Source of the DNA: an uncultured Acidimicrobiaceae bacterium
GTDB taxonomy: Bacteria; Actinomycetota; Acidimicrobiia; Acidimicrobiales; Bog-793
DNA length: 64,000 nucleotides
Assembly: GCA_963779425.1 (NCBI GenBank)
Contig: CAVZYD010000006.1
Span: forward strand, 372,447-436,446
Direction of reading: 5' to 3'
Numbering within the stretch: position 1 is the first letter of the stretch; each line of letters begins with the position of its first letter. Position numbers and translations under genes: made by a program. The notes under the pieces are model-generated. The model made no database searches. It saw nothing but the letters and a program-made list of their open reading frames with translations, and was not told the origin of the DNA. Below, one piece after another: positions 36,613-46,135 of this stretch.

Positions 36613-37619
36613 TGCCGATCCCACTTCGCCAGAACGTCCGTATCGGTGCGCATCTCATGAAGCACCGCCTCAAGAAGACGAAGTACTACCCGTTCATCGT
36701 CGAGATCGAGCCGCTCTTCGCGTGCAACTTGTCCTGCCCCGGTTGCGGCAAGATCCAGCACCCGACCGAGGTCCTGCGCCAGCGGTTGTCGGTCGAGGAC
36801 GTCCTCGGCGCCGTCGAGGAGAGCGGCACGCCCATGGTCTCCATCGCCGGCGGTGAGCCGCTCTTGCACCCCGACATCGAGCGCATGGTCAAAGAGCTCG
36901 TGGCCCGCAAGATCTACGTCTATCTGTGCACGAACGCCGTGCTCTTGCGGCGCCGTCTCGACCGCTTCACGCCGTCGCACTACTTCTCCTGGGTCGTGCA
37001 CATGGACGGTCTGCGCGAGCGTCACGACGCCGCCGTGGACAGGGCCGGAGTTTTCGACGAGGCGGTGGCGGCCATCCGCGACGCCAAGGCCCGCGGTTTT
37101 CGGGTCACGACGAACTCGACGTTCTTCAACACCGACTCGCCGAAGACCGTCCGCGAGGTCCTCGACTTTCTGAATGACGACCTCCAGGTAGACGCCATGA
37201 TGATCTCGCCCGCCTACGCCTACGAGAAGGCGCCCGACCAGGAGCACTTCCTCGGCGTCGACCAGACGCGCCAGCTGTTCAAGGAGGCCTTCGGGGACAA
37301 GCGCCGGAATCACTGGCGCCTCAACCACTCGCCGCTGTTCCTTGACTTCCTCGAGGGCAAGGTGGACTTCCAATGCACCGCTTGGGGCATCCCGAGCTAC
37401 TCGGTCTTCGGCTGGCAGCGCCCGTGCTACCTGATGGGCGACGGCTACGCCAAGACCTACCACGAGCTGGTCGAGACGACCGACTGGAGCGCTTATGGCC
37501 GCGGCCGCGACGAGCGGTGCGCCAACTGCATGGCGCACTGCGGCTATGAGCCTTCGGCGGTCATCGCGAGCCTGGCCTCGCTTCGCCAGTCGCTGCGCGC
37601 CCTAATGAGCACGCACTGA
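36612..37619 (+). CDS. hpnH: Adenosyl-hopene transferase HpnH (radical SAM)
   Basis: EPLFACNLSCPGCGKIQ, SIAGGEPLLH, YAYEKAPDQEHFL, GWQRPCYL, CANCMAHCGYE. Confidence 0.95.
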   Translation: MPIPLRQNVRIGAHLMKHRLKKTKYYPFIVEIEPLFACNLSCPGCGKIQHPTEVLRQRLSVEDVLGAVEESGTPMVSIAGGEPLLHPDIERMVKELVARKIYVYLCTNAVLLRRRLDRFTPSHYFSWVVHMDGLRERHDAAVDRAGVFDEAVAAIRDAKARGFRVTTNSTFFNTDSPKTVREVLDFLNDDLQVDAMMISPAYAYEKAPDQEHFLGVDQTRQLFKEAFGDKRRNHWRLNHSPLFLDFLEGKVDFQCTAWGIPSYSVFGWQRPCYLMGDGYAKTYHELVETTDWSAYGRGRDERCANCMAHCGYEPSAVIASLASLRQSLRALMSTH

Positions 37620-37622
37620 GCC

Positions 37623-39413
37623 ATGGCCGTCATCGAGGTCCCAACCCAGTCCGCGCTATTTATGCCGGTCTCGCCGGCGCGCCTACGCGAGATGGACGCC
37701 CGCGAGCTTCGCTCGCTCGCGGGCGAGATCCGCAGGTTTCTCGTCGCAAGCGTCTCGGTCACCGGAGGTCATCTGGGGTCCAACCTCGGGGTCGTGGAGC
37801 TCACCCTCGCCCTGCACCGGGTCTTCGCCTCTCCGGACGACGCCATCGTCTGGGACACCGGTCATCAGGCCTACGTGCACAAGCTCGTCACCGGCAGACA
37901 GGACGCCTTCGTAAGCTTGCGCCAGCGTGGCGGCCTGTCCGGCTACCCGAACCGATCTGAGTCCGAGCACGACCTCGTCGAGAACAGCCACGCCTCGACG
38001 GCGCTGTCGTACGCCTACGGGCTCGCCAAGGCGCGCCAGCTCCGCGGCGATCCGCGCCGCGTGGTCGCCGTGGTCGGCGACGGGTCATTGACGGGCGGGG
38101 TCGCCTACGAGGCGCTCAACAACATCGGGATCTCCGGGGCCAACGTCATCGTCGTGCTCAACGACAACGGGCGCTCCTACGCCCCGACGGTGTCCCGGAT
38201 CTCATCCGCCGGCAGCTTTTCGACCGAGGAGAGCTTCTCGAGCGAACCCTCTCCCGCGCGGGACTTCTTCGGGGCCTTAGGCATCGCCTATCTCGGTCCC
38301 GTCGACGGCCACGACGTCGGCTCCCTCGAGGAGGCGCTGCACCTCGTCGCCAAGCGCCCGGGGCCGGTCGTGCTGCACGTGCACACGACCAAGGGTCGCG
38401 GCTATGGGCCCGCGGAGCTGGACGAGGAGAAGTGCCTGCACGACGTCGGCCCGTTCGATCCGGAGACGGGCATGGCTCTCATCTCCGCCACCGGCCGGCT
38501 CAACTACACCGAGGCGTTCAGCACGGCTCTCTTGAACGAGGCGGCGCGGCACCCCGAGCTCGTCGCCATCACCGCCGCCATGCCGGGCCCGACGGGGCTG
38601 ATCCCATTTCGCGACAGCTACCCGGAGCGCTTCTTCGACGTCGGCATCGCCGAGCAGCATGCCGTGAACGCGGCCGCCGGCATGGCCATGGGCGGGCTGA
38701 GACCGGTCGTGGCGATCTATTCCACCTTCCTCAACAGGGCCTGGGACCAGGTCTACTACGACGTCGGCCTGCACCGGCTGCCGGTGATCTTCTGCCTTGA
38801 CCGCGCCGGGATCACCGGCGACGACGGACCTAGCCACCACGGTGTGCTCGACATGATGCTGCTCACCAAGGTCCCCGGCATGACCGTGTTCGCCCCTTCG
38901 TCCTACGAGGAGGTGGGCAATATGTTGCACGAGGCGCTTTCGCTCACGACCGGTCCTTCGGCCATACGCTGGCCGAAAAGCGAGGCACGCTCGGCTGGCG
39001 CAGTGGGAAGCGGTCTCCGGGCGCGAAAGCTCCGTACCGGGCACCGGGTCTGTCTCATCGGGGTGGGCAAGCTCGTCGCCGAGTGCGAGCAGGCGGCGCA
39101 CATGCTCGCCGCCAACGGCGTCGAGGCCACCGTGTGGGACGCCCGCCTCGTCGCCCCGCTCGACCAGGCGATGATCGAAGATGCGCTCGCCCACGAGCTC
39201 GTGGTGTCGGTCGAGGACGGCATCAGCGAGGGCGGGGCGGGCTCGCGGCTCGAAGCATCGCTACGACGCCGCGCCCCCTTCGGCGTCCGCCCGGCCGTTG
39301 TCAACTGCGGAGTGCCCACGGCGTACCTTCCCCACGGGGACGCTTCTGACATCCTCGCCCGCTTGGGTCTCGACGGCCCGGGCATCACCCGGGTGGTGCT
39401 CGGGCACCTCTGA
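37623..39413 (+). CDS. dxs: 1-deoxy-D-xylulose-5-phosphate synthase
   Basis: GGHLGSNLG, WDTGHQAY, GDGSLTGG..EALNN..LNDN, DVGIAEQHA, YSTFL.RA.DQ, DRAGITG.DGPSH. Confidence 0.93.
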   Translation: MAVIEVPTQSALFMPVSPARLREMDARELRSLAGEIRRFLVASVSVTGGHLGSNLGVVELTLALHRVFASPDDAIVWDTGHQAYVHKLVTGRQDAFVSLRQRGGLSGYPNRSESEHDLVENSHASTALSYAYGLAKARQLRGDPRRVVAVVGDGSLTGGVAYEALNNIGISGANVIVVLNDNGRSYAPTVSRISSAGSFSTEESFSSEPSPARDFFGALGIAYLGPVDGHDVGSLEEALHLVAKRPGPVVLHVHTTKGRGYGPAELDEEKCLHDVGPFDPETGMALISATGRLNYTEAFSTALLNEAARHPELVAITAAMPGPTGLIPFRDSYPERFFDVGIAEQHAVNAAAGMAMGGLRPVVAIYSTFLNRAWDQVYYDVGLHRLPVIFCLDRAGITGDDGPSHHGVLDMMLLTKVPGMTVFAPSSYEEVGNMLHEALSLTTGPSAIRWPKSEARSAGAVGSGLRARKLRTGHRVCLIGVGKLVAECEQAAHMLAANGVEATVWDARLVAPLDQAMIEDALAHELVVSVEDGISEGGAGSRLEASLRRRAPFGVRPAVVNCGVPTAYLPHGDASDILARLGLDGPGITRVVLGHL

Positions 39414-39513
39414 GCCGAAGACGGGGCCGTCGCGACGAGGTCCCTGAGTAATCTGTCGTGACTGGTCGCGCTTTCGGCGCGCCGCTGAACACGTTGCGAG
39501 AACTAGGAGCACC

Positions 39514-40890
39514 ATGACCCAGACCGCCTCCGCTGCGGGGGACACCCAGGCCGCCCCCTCCCCTCTAGCTGTCCCTGAGCCGGTCGCCGGTCACGGTCAT
39601 GTCTTTTACCCGTGGTCCGCGCAGTCGGTCATAAAGCCGATGGTCATCGCGGGCGCCGAGGGGTCCTACATCTTCGACGACGAGGGCAAGCGCTACCTGG
39701 ACTTCTCGTCCCAGCTCGTCAACACCAACATCGGCCATCAGCACCCCAAGGTGGTCGCCGCCATCAAGGCCCAGGCCGACCGCCTCTGCACCTTGAGCCC
39801 GCTGCACGCCAACGAGACGAGAAACGAGGCCGCCCGTCTCATCTGCGAGCTCACCCCGGCCGGGCTCGACACGGTCATGTTCACCTGTGACGGTTCCGAG
39901 GCCGTCGAGCACGCGGCCCGCATGGCACGGCTCCACACGGGCCGGATAAAGCTGCTCGCCACCTACCGCTCCTACCACGGCAGCACGACGACGGCGACCA
40001 ACCTCACGGGCGAGCCGAGACGTTGGCCCAATGACTACGGGAGCGCCGGGGTCGTGCACTTCTTCGGCCCGTTCCTCTACCGCTCGCCCTTCCACTCTTC
40101 GAACGAGCAGGAGGAGTCACAAAGGGCGCTCGAGCACCTCGAACAGGTCGTCGCCCTAGAGGGGCCGTCCACGATCGCGGGCATCGTGCTGGAGACGGTG
40201 CCCGGCACCGCGGGCATCATGCCGCCACCTCCGGGCTACCTCGCCGGTGTGCGCGAGATCTGCGACCGCCACGGCATCGTCCTCATCACCGACGAGGTGA
40301 TGGCCGGCTTCGGGCGCACGGGTAAGTGGTTTGCCTTCGAGCACTTCGGCATCGTCCCCGATCTCGTGAGCTTCGCCAAGGGCGTCAACTCCGGCTACGT
40401 GCCCCTCGGCGGCGTGATCATCTCCGACCCGATCGCCGCCACCTTCGCCGAGCGCGTCTATGCAGGCGGGCACACCTACTCGGGCCATCCCCTCGCCTGT
40501 GCGGCCGCCATCGCCACGATAAATGCCATGAAGGACGAGCGGATCGTCGAGAACGCGGCCTGGATCGGCGAGAACGTGCTCGGCCCGGGCCTGCGCGAAC
40601 TGGCGGGCAAGCACGCCTGTGTCGGGGACGTGCGTGGACTCGGCGTGTTCTGGGCGCTCGACCTCGTCAAGGACAAGGCGACGCGCGAGCCGATCGCTCC
40701 CTACGGGGGGACGAGCCCAGCCATGGCGGACCTCCTCAAAGCCTGCAAGGAGCGAGGTCTCGTGCCTTTCAGCCAGTTCAACAGGCTGCACGCCGTGCCG
40801 CCGTGCAATGTGAGCGAGGCCGAGGCCAGGGCGGGGATAGCGATCCTGGACGAGGCGTTATCGACGGCGGACGCGTACTGCGCCAGGTAA
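39514..40890 (+). CDS. Class III PLP-dependent aminotransferase (omega-amino acid/taurine-pyruvate-like subfamily)
   Basis: YLDFSSQLVNTNIGHQHP, SYHG, DEVMAGFGRTG, FAKGVNSGYVPLGG, HTYSGHP. Confidence 0.88.
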   Translation: MTQTASAAGDTQAAPSPLAVPEPVAGHGHVFYPWSAQSVIKPMVIAGAEGSYIFDDEGKRYLDFSSQLVNTNIGHQHPKVVAAIKAQADRLCTLSPLHANETRNEAARLICELTPAGLDTVMFTCDGSEAVEHAARMARLHTGRIKLLATYRSYHGSTTTATNLTGEPRRWPNDYGSAGVVHFFGPFLYRSPFHSSNEQEESQRALEHLEQVVALEGPSTIAGIVLETVPGTAGIMPPPPGYLAGVREICDRHGIVLITDEVMAGFGRTGKWFAFEHFGIVPDLVSFAKGVNSGYVPLGGVIISDPIAATFAERVYAGGHTYSGHPLACAAAIATINAMKDERIVENAAWIGENVLGPGLRELAGKHACVGDVRGLGVFWALDLVKDKATREPIAPYGGTSPAMADLLKACKERGLVPFSQFNRLHAVPPCNVSEAEARAGIAILDEALSTADAYCAR

Positions 40891-41915
40891 TGAGGCGGCC
40901 GCTCCGGTTCGCGATCGTCGTCGTCCTCTCGCTCAGCGCAGCTGCCTGCGCAAGCGGCGGCTCGGGCGCGCCCGGGCGAGTGACGATCACGCTCTACAAC
41001 GGCCAGCACGTCGAGACGACCGACACGCTCGTGGCCGCCTTCGAGAAGGCAACCGGGATCGAGGTAGCGGTCCGCAGCAACGACGAGGACATCTTTGACG
41101 ACGAGATCGTGGCCGAGGGCGCCCGGTCGCCGGCTGACGTCGTCTTCACGGAGAATTCGCCCGCGCTCGAGTACCTGCAGAAAAAGGGCCTTCTCTCCCC
41201 GGTCGATCACACGACGCTCGCCCGCACGCCGAGCAGGTTCAACTCCCCGCAGGGCGACTGGGTCGGGGTCTCGGCACGAGTCAGCGTCCTTATCTACAAC
41301 CCGAGCCTGATCAGAAAAAGCGCCCTCCCGGCCCACGTCCTCGAGCTCGCCGACCCTCGCTACAAGGGTGAGCTGGCCTTCGCGGCGGGGGAGACTGACT
41401 TCCAGCCCATCGTGACCTCGGTGCTGCGCACCTACGGCAAAGCCGAAACTCTGAAGTGGTTGGACGGCATCAAGCAAAACGCGGGAAGCCACCTCTATCC
41501 CGACAACGAGACGATCTCCACCGCCGTCAACCGCGGCATCGTCGCCTTCGGGGTGGTCAACCAGTACTACTGGTACCGGATGCGGGCCGAGATCGGTGCC
41601 GCCAAGATCCATTCCGAGATCGTGTACTTCGCGCCGCGTGACCCGGGTTATGTCCTCGACGTCTCGGGTGCAGGCATTCTCAGATCCTCGAGGCACAAGG
41701 GGGCGGCGCAGAGGTTCCTCGCCTTCCTCGTCTCCAAGCAGGGCCAGGAGATCATCGCCCGCTCGATCAGCTTCGAGTACCCGATCGCCTCGGGCGTGCA
41801 GACGACGCAGCCCGAGACGCCCTTCAAAGATCTCAAGCCCAACCCGATCGGCATCGCCGAGCTCGGCACCGGGTCCCGGGCGATAGCGCTGTTGCGCGAG
41901 GTGCAGCTCTTGTGA
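40890..41915 (+). CDS. Fe3+ ABC transporter substrate-binding lipoprotein (FbpA/FutA-like)
   Basis: Lipobox-like LSAAAC, LYNGQH, SPADVVFTEN, tandem Tyr NQYYW, FEYP. Confidence 0.88.
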   Translation: MRRPLRFAIVVVLSLSAAACASGGSGAPGRVTITLYNGQHVETTDTLVAAFEKATGIEVAVRSNDEDIFDDEIVAEGARSPADVVFTENSPALEYLQKKGLLSPVDHTTLARTPSRFNSPQGDWVGVSARVSVLIYNPSLIRKSALPAHVLELADPRYKGELAFAAGETDFQPIVTSVLRTYGKAETLKWLDGIKQNAGSHLYPDNETISTAVNRGIVAFGVVNQYYWYRMRAEIGAAKIHSEIVYFAPRDPGYVLDVSGAGILRSSRHKGAAQRFLAFLVSKQGQEIIARSISFEYPIASGVQTTQPETPFKDLKPNPIGIAELGTGSRAIALLREVQLL

Positions 41916-41955
41916 CAAGGGGTGGTTCGTTCCTGAGCCGCGGCATGGTCGTGCG

Positions 41956-43587
41956 ATGACGGTCTCGCCCCCTCTCCCGGCTCCTGGGTCATTCCGACTC
42001 GGCGCCGCCGGGGACGAGGCGATCGTCACCGCCCGTCGCCGGCGGCGCCCGGCGGCCCTTCTAGGCGCGAGCGTGCTCGTCCTCGCCGTGCTGGCGCTGC
42101 CCCTCGTCTTCCTCCTCACCGAGGCCGACGGTGCAGGTGCCTCTAATGTCTGGCATCTCATTTGGAGGTCGCTTACCGCCAGCCTGCTGTGGAACACTGT
42201 CCGCCTCACGGTCGTCGTCACTGTCCTGTGCGCAGTGATCGGCACGCTCGCCGCCTACGGTGTCGAGCGGACGGACCTGCCCGGCCGGCGCATCTGGGCG
42301 GTGCTCGTCGTCGTCCCATTCGCCATCCCTGATTTTGTCGTTAGCTTCGGGTGGTCGTCGCTTTCGACCTGGGTGCAGGGCTACCGGGGAGCGGTGCTCG
42401 TCATGACCCTGGCCGTGTACCCCCTCGTCTACCTGCCCGTGGCGGCCAGCTTGCGCGGTGCCGACCCGGGCCAGGAGGAGATCGCCCGCAGCCTCGGCGC
42501 GAGCGGGCTCTCGACGTTTTTCCGCGTGACGCTCGGCCAGGCGCGCCGGGCGATCCTCGGGGGGTGCCTGCTCGTCGCCCTCGTCATCCTCGCCGAGTAC
42601 GGTGCTTTCGAGATACTCGGCTTTCAGACCTTTACGACGGAGATATTCACCGAGTTCGACATCGGCTCGACCTCGACGGCCTGCGCCCTCTCGCTCGTGC
42701 TCGTCTTGCTGAGCCTGGTTGTCCTCGTCGGCGAGACGAGCTCGCGCGGGGGTGGCCGGGTGAGCCGCGTCGGCTCCGGAGCCCAGCGCGTGACCCCCCG
42801 CAAACGGCTCGGGCGAATGAGCCTTCCCGTCCTCGTCGGCTACGGGTTGCTCGTCGTCGCCGCCTTAGGCGTTCCGATCGGATCGTGTGTGTACTGGATC
42901 TTCGAGGGCGGCGCGTCCGACATCGTGGGGGTGTCCCTCGGCTCGGCGACGCTCTACACGGCGCTCTACGGCCTCTCCGCGGCCCTGGTGGCGACGGCGA
43001 TGGCTTTACCGCTCGCCCTTTTGGTGGTCCGCCATCCCGGTCGTGTCCACCTCTTGTTGGAGCGGACGACCTTCCTCGTTCTTGCTATACCCGGGCTCGT
43101 GGTGGCACTTGCCCTGTCGTATTTCTCCACGCATTACGCGGACAGCTTCGGTTACCAGACGGCGCCGCTGCTCGTCCTCGCCTACGCGATCATGTTCTTC
43201 CCTCTCGCTCTTGTCTGCGTACGGACCTCTCTGGTGCAGTCGCCCGTGGCGCTCGAGGAAGTAGCGAGCTCTCTCGGGGTGCGCCGCCTGCCCGCGCTCT
43301 TGCGCGTGACGCTGCCGCTCATCGCCCCCGGTATCGGTGCCGCCTTCTGCCTCGTGTTCTTGTCGGCGGTGACCGAGCTCACCGCGACGCTGATCCTGAT
43401 CCCGACCAATGCCGAGACCCTCGCCACGCAGTTCTGGGCCTACCAGCAGAACCTCTCCTACGGCCAGGCGGCCCCGTTCGCGCTCGTCATCATCGCCATC
43501 GCGGCCCTCCCGAGTTACGTCCTCGGGCGTTTCTTCGACCGGCTCCCTCGCCGTGGGACCGCCCAAGCGCCGGTGGTCATCACGTGA
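41956..43587 (+). CDS. Fe3+ ABC transporter permease (FbpB-like, two domains)
   Basis: Two EAA-like loops (EEIARSLG, EEVASSLG), about 12 TM segments. Confidence 0.88.
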   Translation: MTVSPPLPAPGSFRLGAAGDEAIVTARRRRRPAALLGASVLVLAVLALPLVFLLTEADGAGASNVWHLIWRSLTASLLWNTVRLTVVVTVLCAVIGTLAAYGVERTDLPGRRIWAVLVVVPFAIPDFVVSFGWSSLSTWVQGYRGAVLVMTLAVYPLVYLPVAASLRGADPGQEEIARSLGASGLSTFFRVTLGQARRAILGGCLLVALVILAEYGAFEILGFQTFTTEIFTEFDIGSTSTACALSLVLVLLSLVVLVGETSSRGGGRVSRVGSGAQRVTPRKRLGRMSLPVLVGYGLLVVAALGVPIGSCVYWIFEGGASDIVGVSLGSATLYTALYGLSAALVATAMALPLALLVVRHPGRVHLLLERTTFLVLAIPGLVVALALSYFSTHYADSFGYQTAPLLVLAYAIMFFPLALVCVRTSLVQSPVALEEVASSLGVRRLPALLRVTLPLIAPGIGAAFCLVFLSAVTELTATLILIPTNAETLATQFWAYQQNLSYGQAAPFALVIIAIAALPSYVLGRFFDRLPRRGTAQAPVVIT

Positions 43588-44708
43588 CCGATCTCGAGGT
43601 GAAAGCTCTGCACAAGTCCTACGGTGACCAGCCGGTGCTGCGTGGCCTCGACTTCGCCGTCGCGGCGGGGTCGTTCACCTCCATCCTCGGGCCTTCCGGC
43701 AGTGGGAAGACGACGCTGCTGCGGGTGATCGCCGGGTTCGAGCGCGCCGACCGGGGCGTGGTGCGCCTCGGGACCGAGGTCGTCGACGACGCCGATCGAT
43801 TCGTGACACCTGACAGGCGACGCATCGGGTTCGTGCCGCAGGACGGGAGCCTCTTCCCGCACATCTCGGTCGAGCAGAACGTCGGTTTCGGCCTGCCGCG
43901 GCGCGAGCGGCGCGGCAGGAGGGTCGCGGAGCTGCTCGACATGGTCGGTCTGGGCGGCCTTGAGCGGCGCTATCCCCACCAGCTCTCCGGGGGCCAGCAG
44001 CAGCGCGTCGCCCTCGCCCGGGCGCTCGCCATCGAGCCGTCGCTCGTGCTGTTGGACGAGCCGTTCGCCTCCCTCGACGCCAGCCTGCGGACCGCTTTGC
44101 GCCGAGATGTCCGCCGCGTGCTCAAAGAGGCGGGGACCACGGCCCTGCTCGTCACCCACGACCAGGACGAGGCCCTCTCACTGGCCGACCGTGTGGCGGT
44201 GCTGCGCGAGGGGCGCATCGGCCAGTACGACACGCCGCGCGAGCTGTACGCCAGACCGTCGAGCCCCGAGCTCGCCCTCGGCCTCGGCGAGACGAATTTC
44301 CTCCGTGGCAAAGCCCGCGGCACCAGGGTCGAGACGCCGCTCGGGCTCATACCGCTCGAGAAACGGCCGGCGACGGATCTTCCTCCGGACGAAGGCACGA
44401 CGATGCTCGTCCTCATCCGCGCCGAGCAGGTCTTGGTCGCGGGCGAGCCGGGTGGCGACCGCCCAACCGCCCGCGTGCTCAACGCCGAGTTCTACGGCCA
44501 CGACGCTGTCGTGAGGCTGTGCCCCGACTGGGACGAATCGATGATCATCATCTCGCGCACCTCCGAGGCGGGGACCTTGCCCGCCGAGGGCACACGCGTC
44601 GCCCTCTCGGTGCGCGGGAGCGTTATCGCCTGGGCCGAAGCCTTGCCGGCGGGTGGAGCCCCTGGCGACTCGGGCGACCCAAACGAGCGGTCCCAGGCCC
44701 GACGTTGA
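43584..44708 (+). CDS. Fe3+ ABC transporter ATP-binding protein (FbpC-like)
   Basis: GPSGSGKT, LSGGQQQ, LLDEP, VTHD, C-terminal TOBE. Confidence 0.9.
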   Translation: MTDLEVKALHKSYGDQPVLRGLDFAVAAGSFTSILGPSGSGKTTLLRVIAGFERADRGVVRLGTEVVDDADRFVTPDRRRIGFVPQDGSLFPHISVEQNVGFGLPRRERRGRRVAELLDMVGLGGLERRYPHQLSGGQQQRVALARALAIEPSLVLLDEPFASLDASLRTALRRDVRRVLKEAGTTALLVTHDQDEALSLADRVAVLREGRIGQYDTPRELYARPSSPELALGLGETNFLRGKARGTRVETPLGLIPLEKRPATDLPPDEGTTMLVLIRAEQVLVAGEPGGDRPTARVLNAEFYGHDAVVRLCPDWDESMIIISRTSEAGTLPAEGTRVALSVRGSVIAWAEALPAGGAPGDSGDPNERSQARR

Positions 44709-44807
44709 GAGGGCGAACCCAGCCGCGTCCGGTCCGGCGCAGACACGGGCGCATAGCTGGAAACAGCCGTAGCCTGTGCGCCCGGCTCTCGCGTCTCAGG
44801 CCCGGCC

Positions 44808-46046
44808 GTGGCGGGGTGGCGGGTGCGGTCGCAGTCGCGCGTCTTGGCGTCGGCCCTGTCCGGGTGCTCGAGCCCGGCCGCCAGAGCGAGCACCACAACG
44901 GCGAGCACGGCTCCGGTCACCACCGCCTCGCTACCTGTGACCACGACCACCCTGCCGGCGACCACCACTTCGGTGCCCACCACCACGGTCCCGCCTACGA
45001 CGACAACTCTCGCCTGTCCGAGCGCGGGCGACCTCGACGCCTGGAGCCTGCAACGCCTCGCTGAGCAGACCGTCGTCGTGCCCGTCGACGAGGGCGATGT
45101 TGCCTCCGTGAGCCCCGAGGTGGCCGCCGGCGCAGGGGGAGTGATCTTGTTCGGCAGCGCCGCTCCTTCCAACCTCGGTGTGTCCCTGCGGAGCCTTGAC
45201 GCCTCGGCGCCGGACGCGGTCGCGCCTTTCGTGATGACCGACGAGGAGGGGGGCGTCGTCCAGCGGATGACGAACCTGGTCGGTTCGATCCCTTCCGCCC
45301 GAGAAATGGGTGCCACGATGACGCCGGCCCAGATCCGCCAGCTGGCCGTCAACCTTGGCGTCGGGATGCGTGCCGCGGGCGTCACCATGGACCTCGCGCC
45401 GGTGCTCGATGTGGACGGAGGCCAAGGACCCAACGACCAGGACCCGGACGGCACCAGGTCATTCAGCCCGGACGAGAAGGTGGCGGCGGCGGACGGGCTC
45501 GCCTTCGCCTCCGGCCTTCTCGCCGGTGGAGTCGTGCCGGTCGTCAAGCACTTCCCCGGCCTCGGCGGTGCCACGGGCAACACCGACGTCATGTCAGCCT
45601 CCACACCGCCTTGGAGCACCCTGCAAGGAATTGGGCTCGTCCCCTTCGAAGACGCCCTTCAAGCTCACCTGCCCGCGGTCATGGTCGCCAACGCCAGCGT
45701 CCCCGGATTGACGAAGCTTCCCGCCAGCATCTCGCCGAACGTGATCACAGGTCTTTTGCGGGACAAGCTCGGCTTCCAGGGACTGGTCATCACCGACTCG
45801 TTGTCGGCCCTCTCCCTGAGTGACATCGGCTACTCGGTTCCCGCGGCCACAGTGGCCGCACTCGTGGCGGGGGCGGACATGGTGCTCTTTGGCGCCGACC
45901 CGTCAGCGGTGGCGGCCCTCACGCAAAATATCGTCTCCGCCATCGTCTCGGCCGTGGACTCGGGCGAGCTCGCCCGGAGCCGACTGGTGAGCGCCGTGAC
46001 CCACATCCTGACCCTCAAGCACATCGAGGTCTGCCCGGCCGGGTGA
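44808..46046 (+). CDS. GH3 N-terminal domain (beta-N-acetylhexosaminidase-like) lipoprotein with Thr-rich linker; 5' end uncertain, possible +1 frameshift near 44840
   Basis: LSGC lipobox, Thr/Pro-rich stalk, TDEEGGVVQR, APVLDV, RSFS, KHFPGLG, LGFQGLVITDSL, AGADMVL. Confidence 0.82.
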   Translation: MAGWRVRSQSRVLASALSGCSSPAARASTTTASTAPVTTASLPVTTTTLPATTTSVPTTTVPPTTTTLACPSAGDLDAWSLQRLAEQTVVVPVDEGDVASVSPEVAAGAGGVILFGSAAPSNLGVSLRSLDASAPDAVAPFVMTDEEGGVVQRMTNLVGSIPSAREMGATMTPAQIRQLAVNLGVGMRAAGVTMDLAPVLDVDGGQGPNDQDPDGTRSFSPDEKVAAADGLAFASGLLAGGVVPVVKHFPGLGGATGNTDVMSASTPPWSTLQGIGLVPFEDALQAHLPAVMVANASVPGLTKLPASISPNVITGLLRDKLGFQGLVITDSLSALSLSDIGYSVPAATVAALVAGADMVLFGADPSAVAALTQNIVSAIVSAVDSGELARSRLVSAVTHILTLKHIEVCPAG

Positions 46047-46135
46047 GGTGAATTCGCCGGTTCGCCTCAGCTCAAGGTCCAATCTCGCCCGATGGGCAAG
46101 GTCGTAGACTGGTCCGCCAAAGGGAGGTAACCGTC

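Noticed and set aside
46067-46095. Sigma28-like promoter upstream of the scpB fusion
   Set aside because: TCAA/TCAG to CCCGATGG spacing is 12 or 17 nt, a poor fit to the 15-16 nt consensus.
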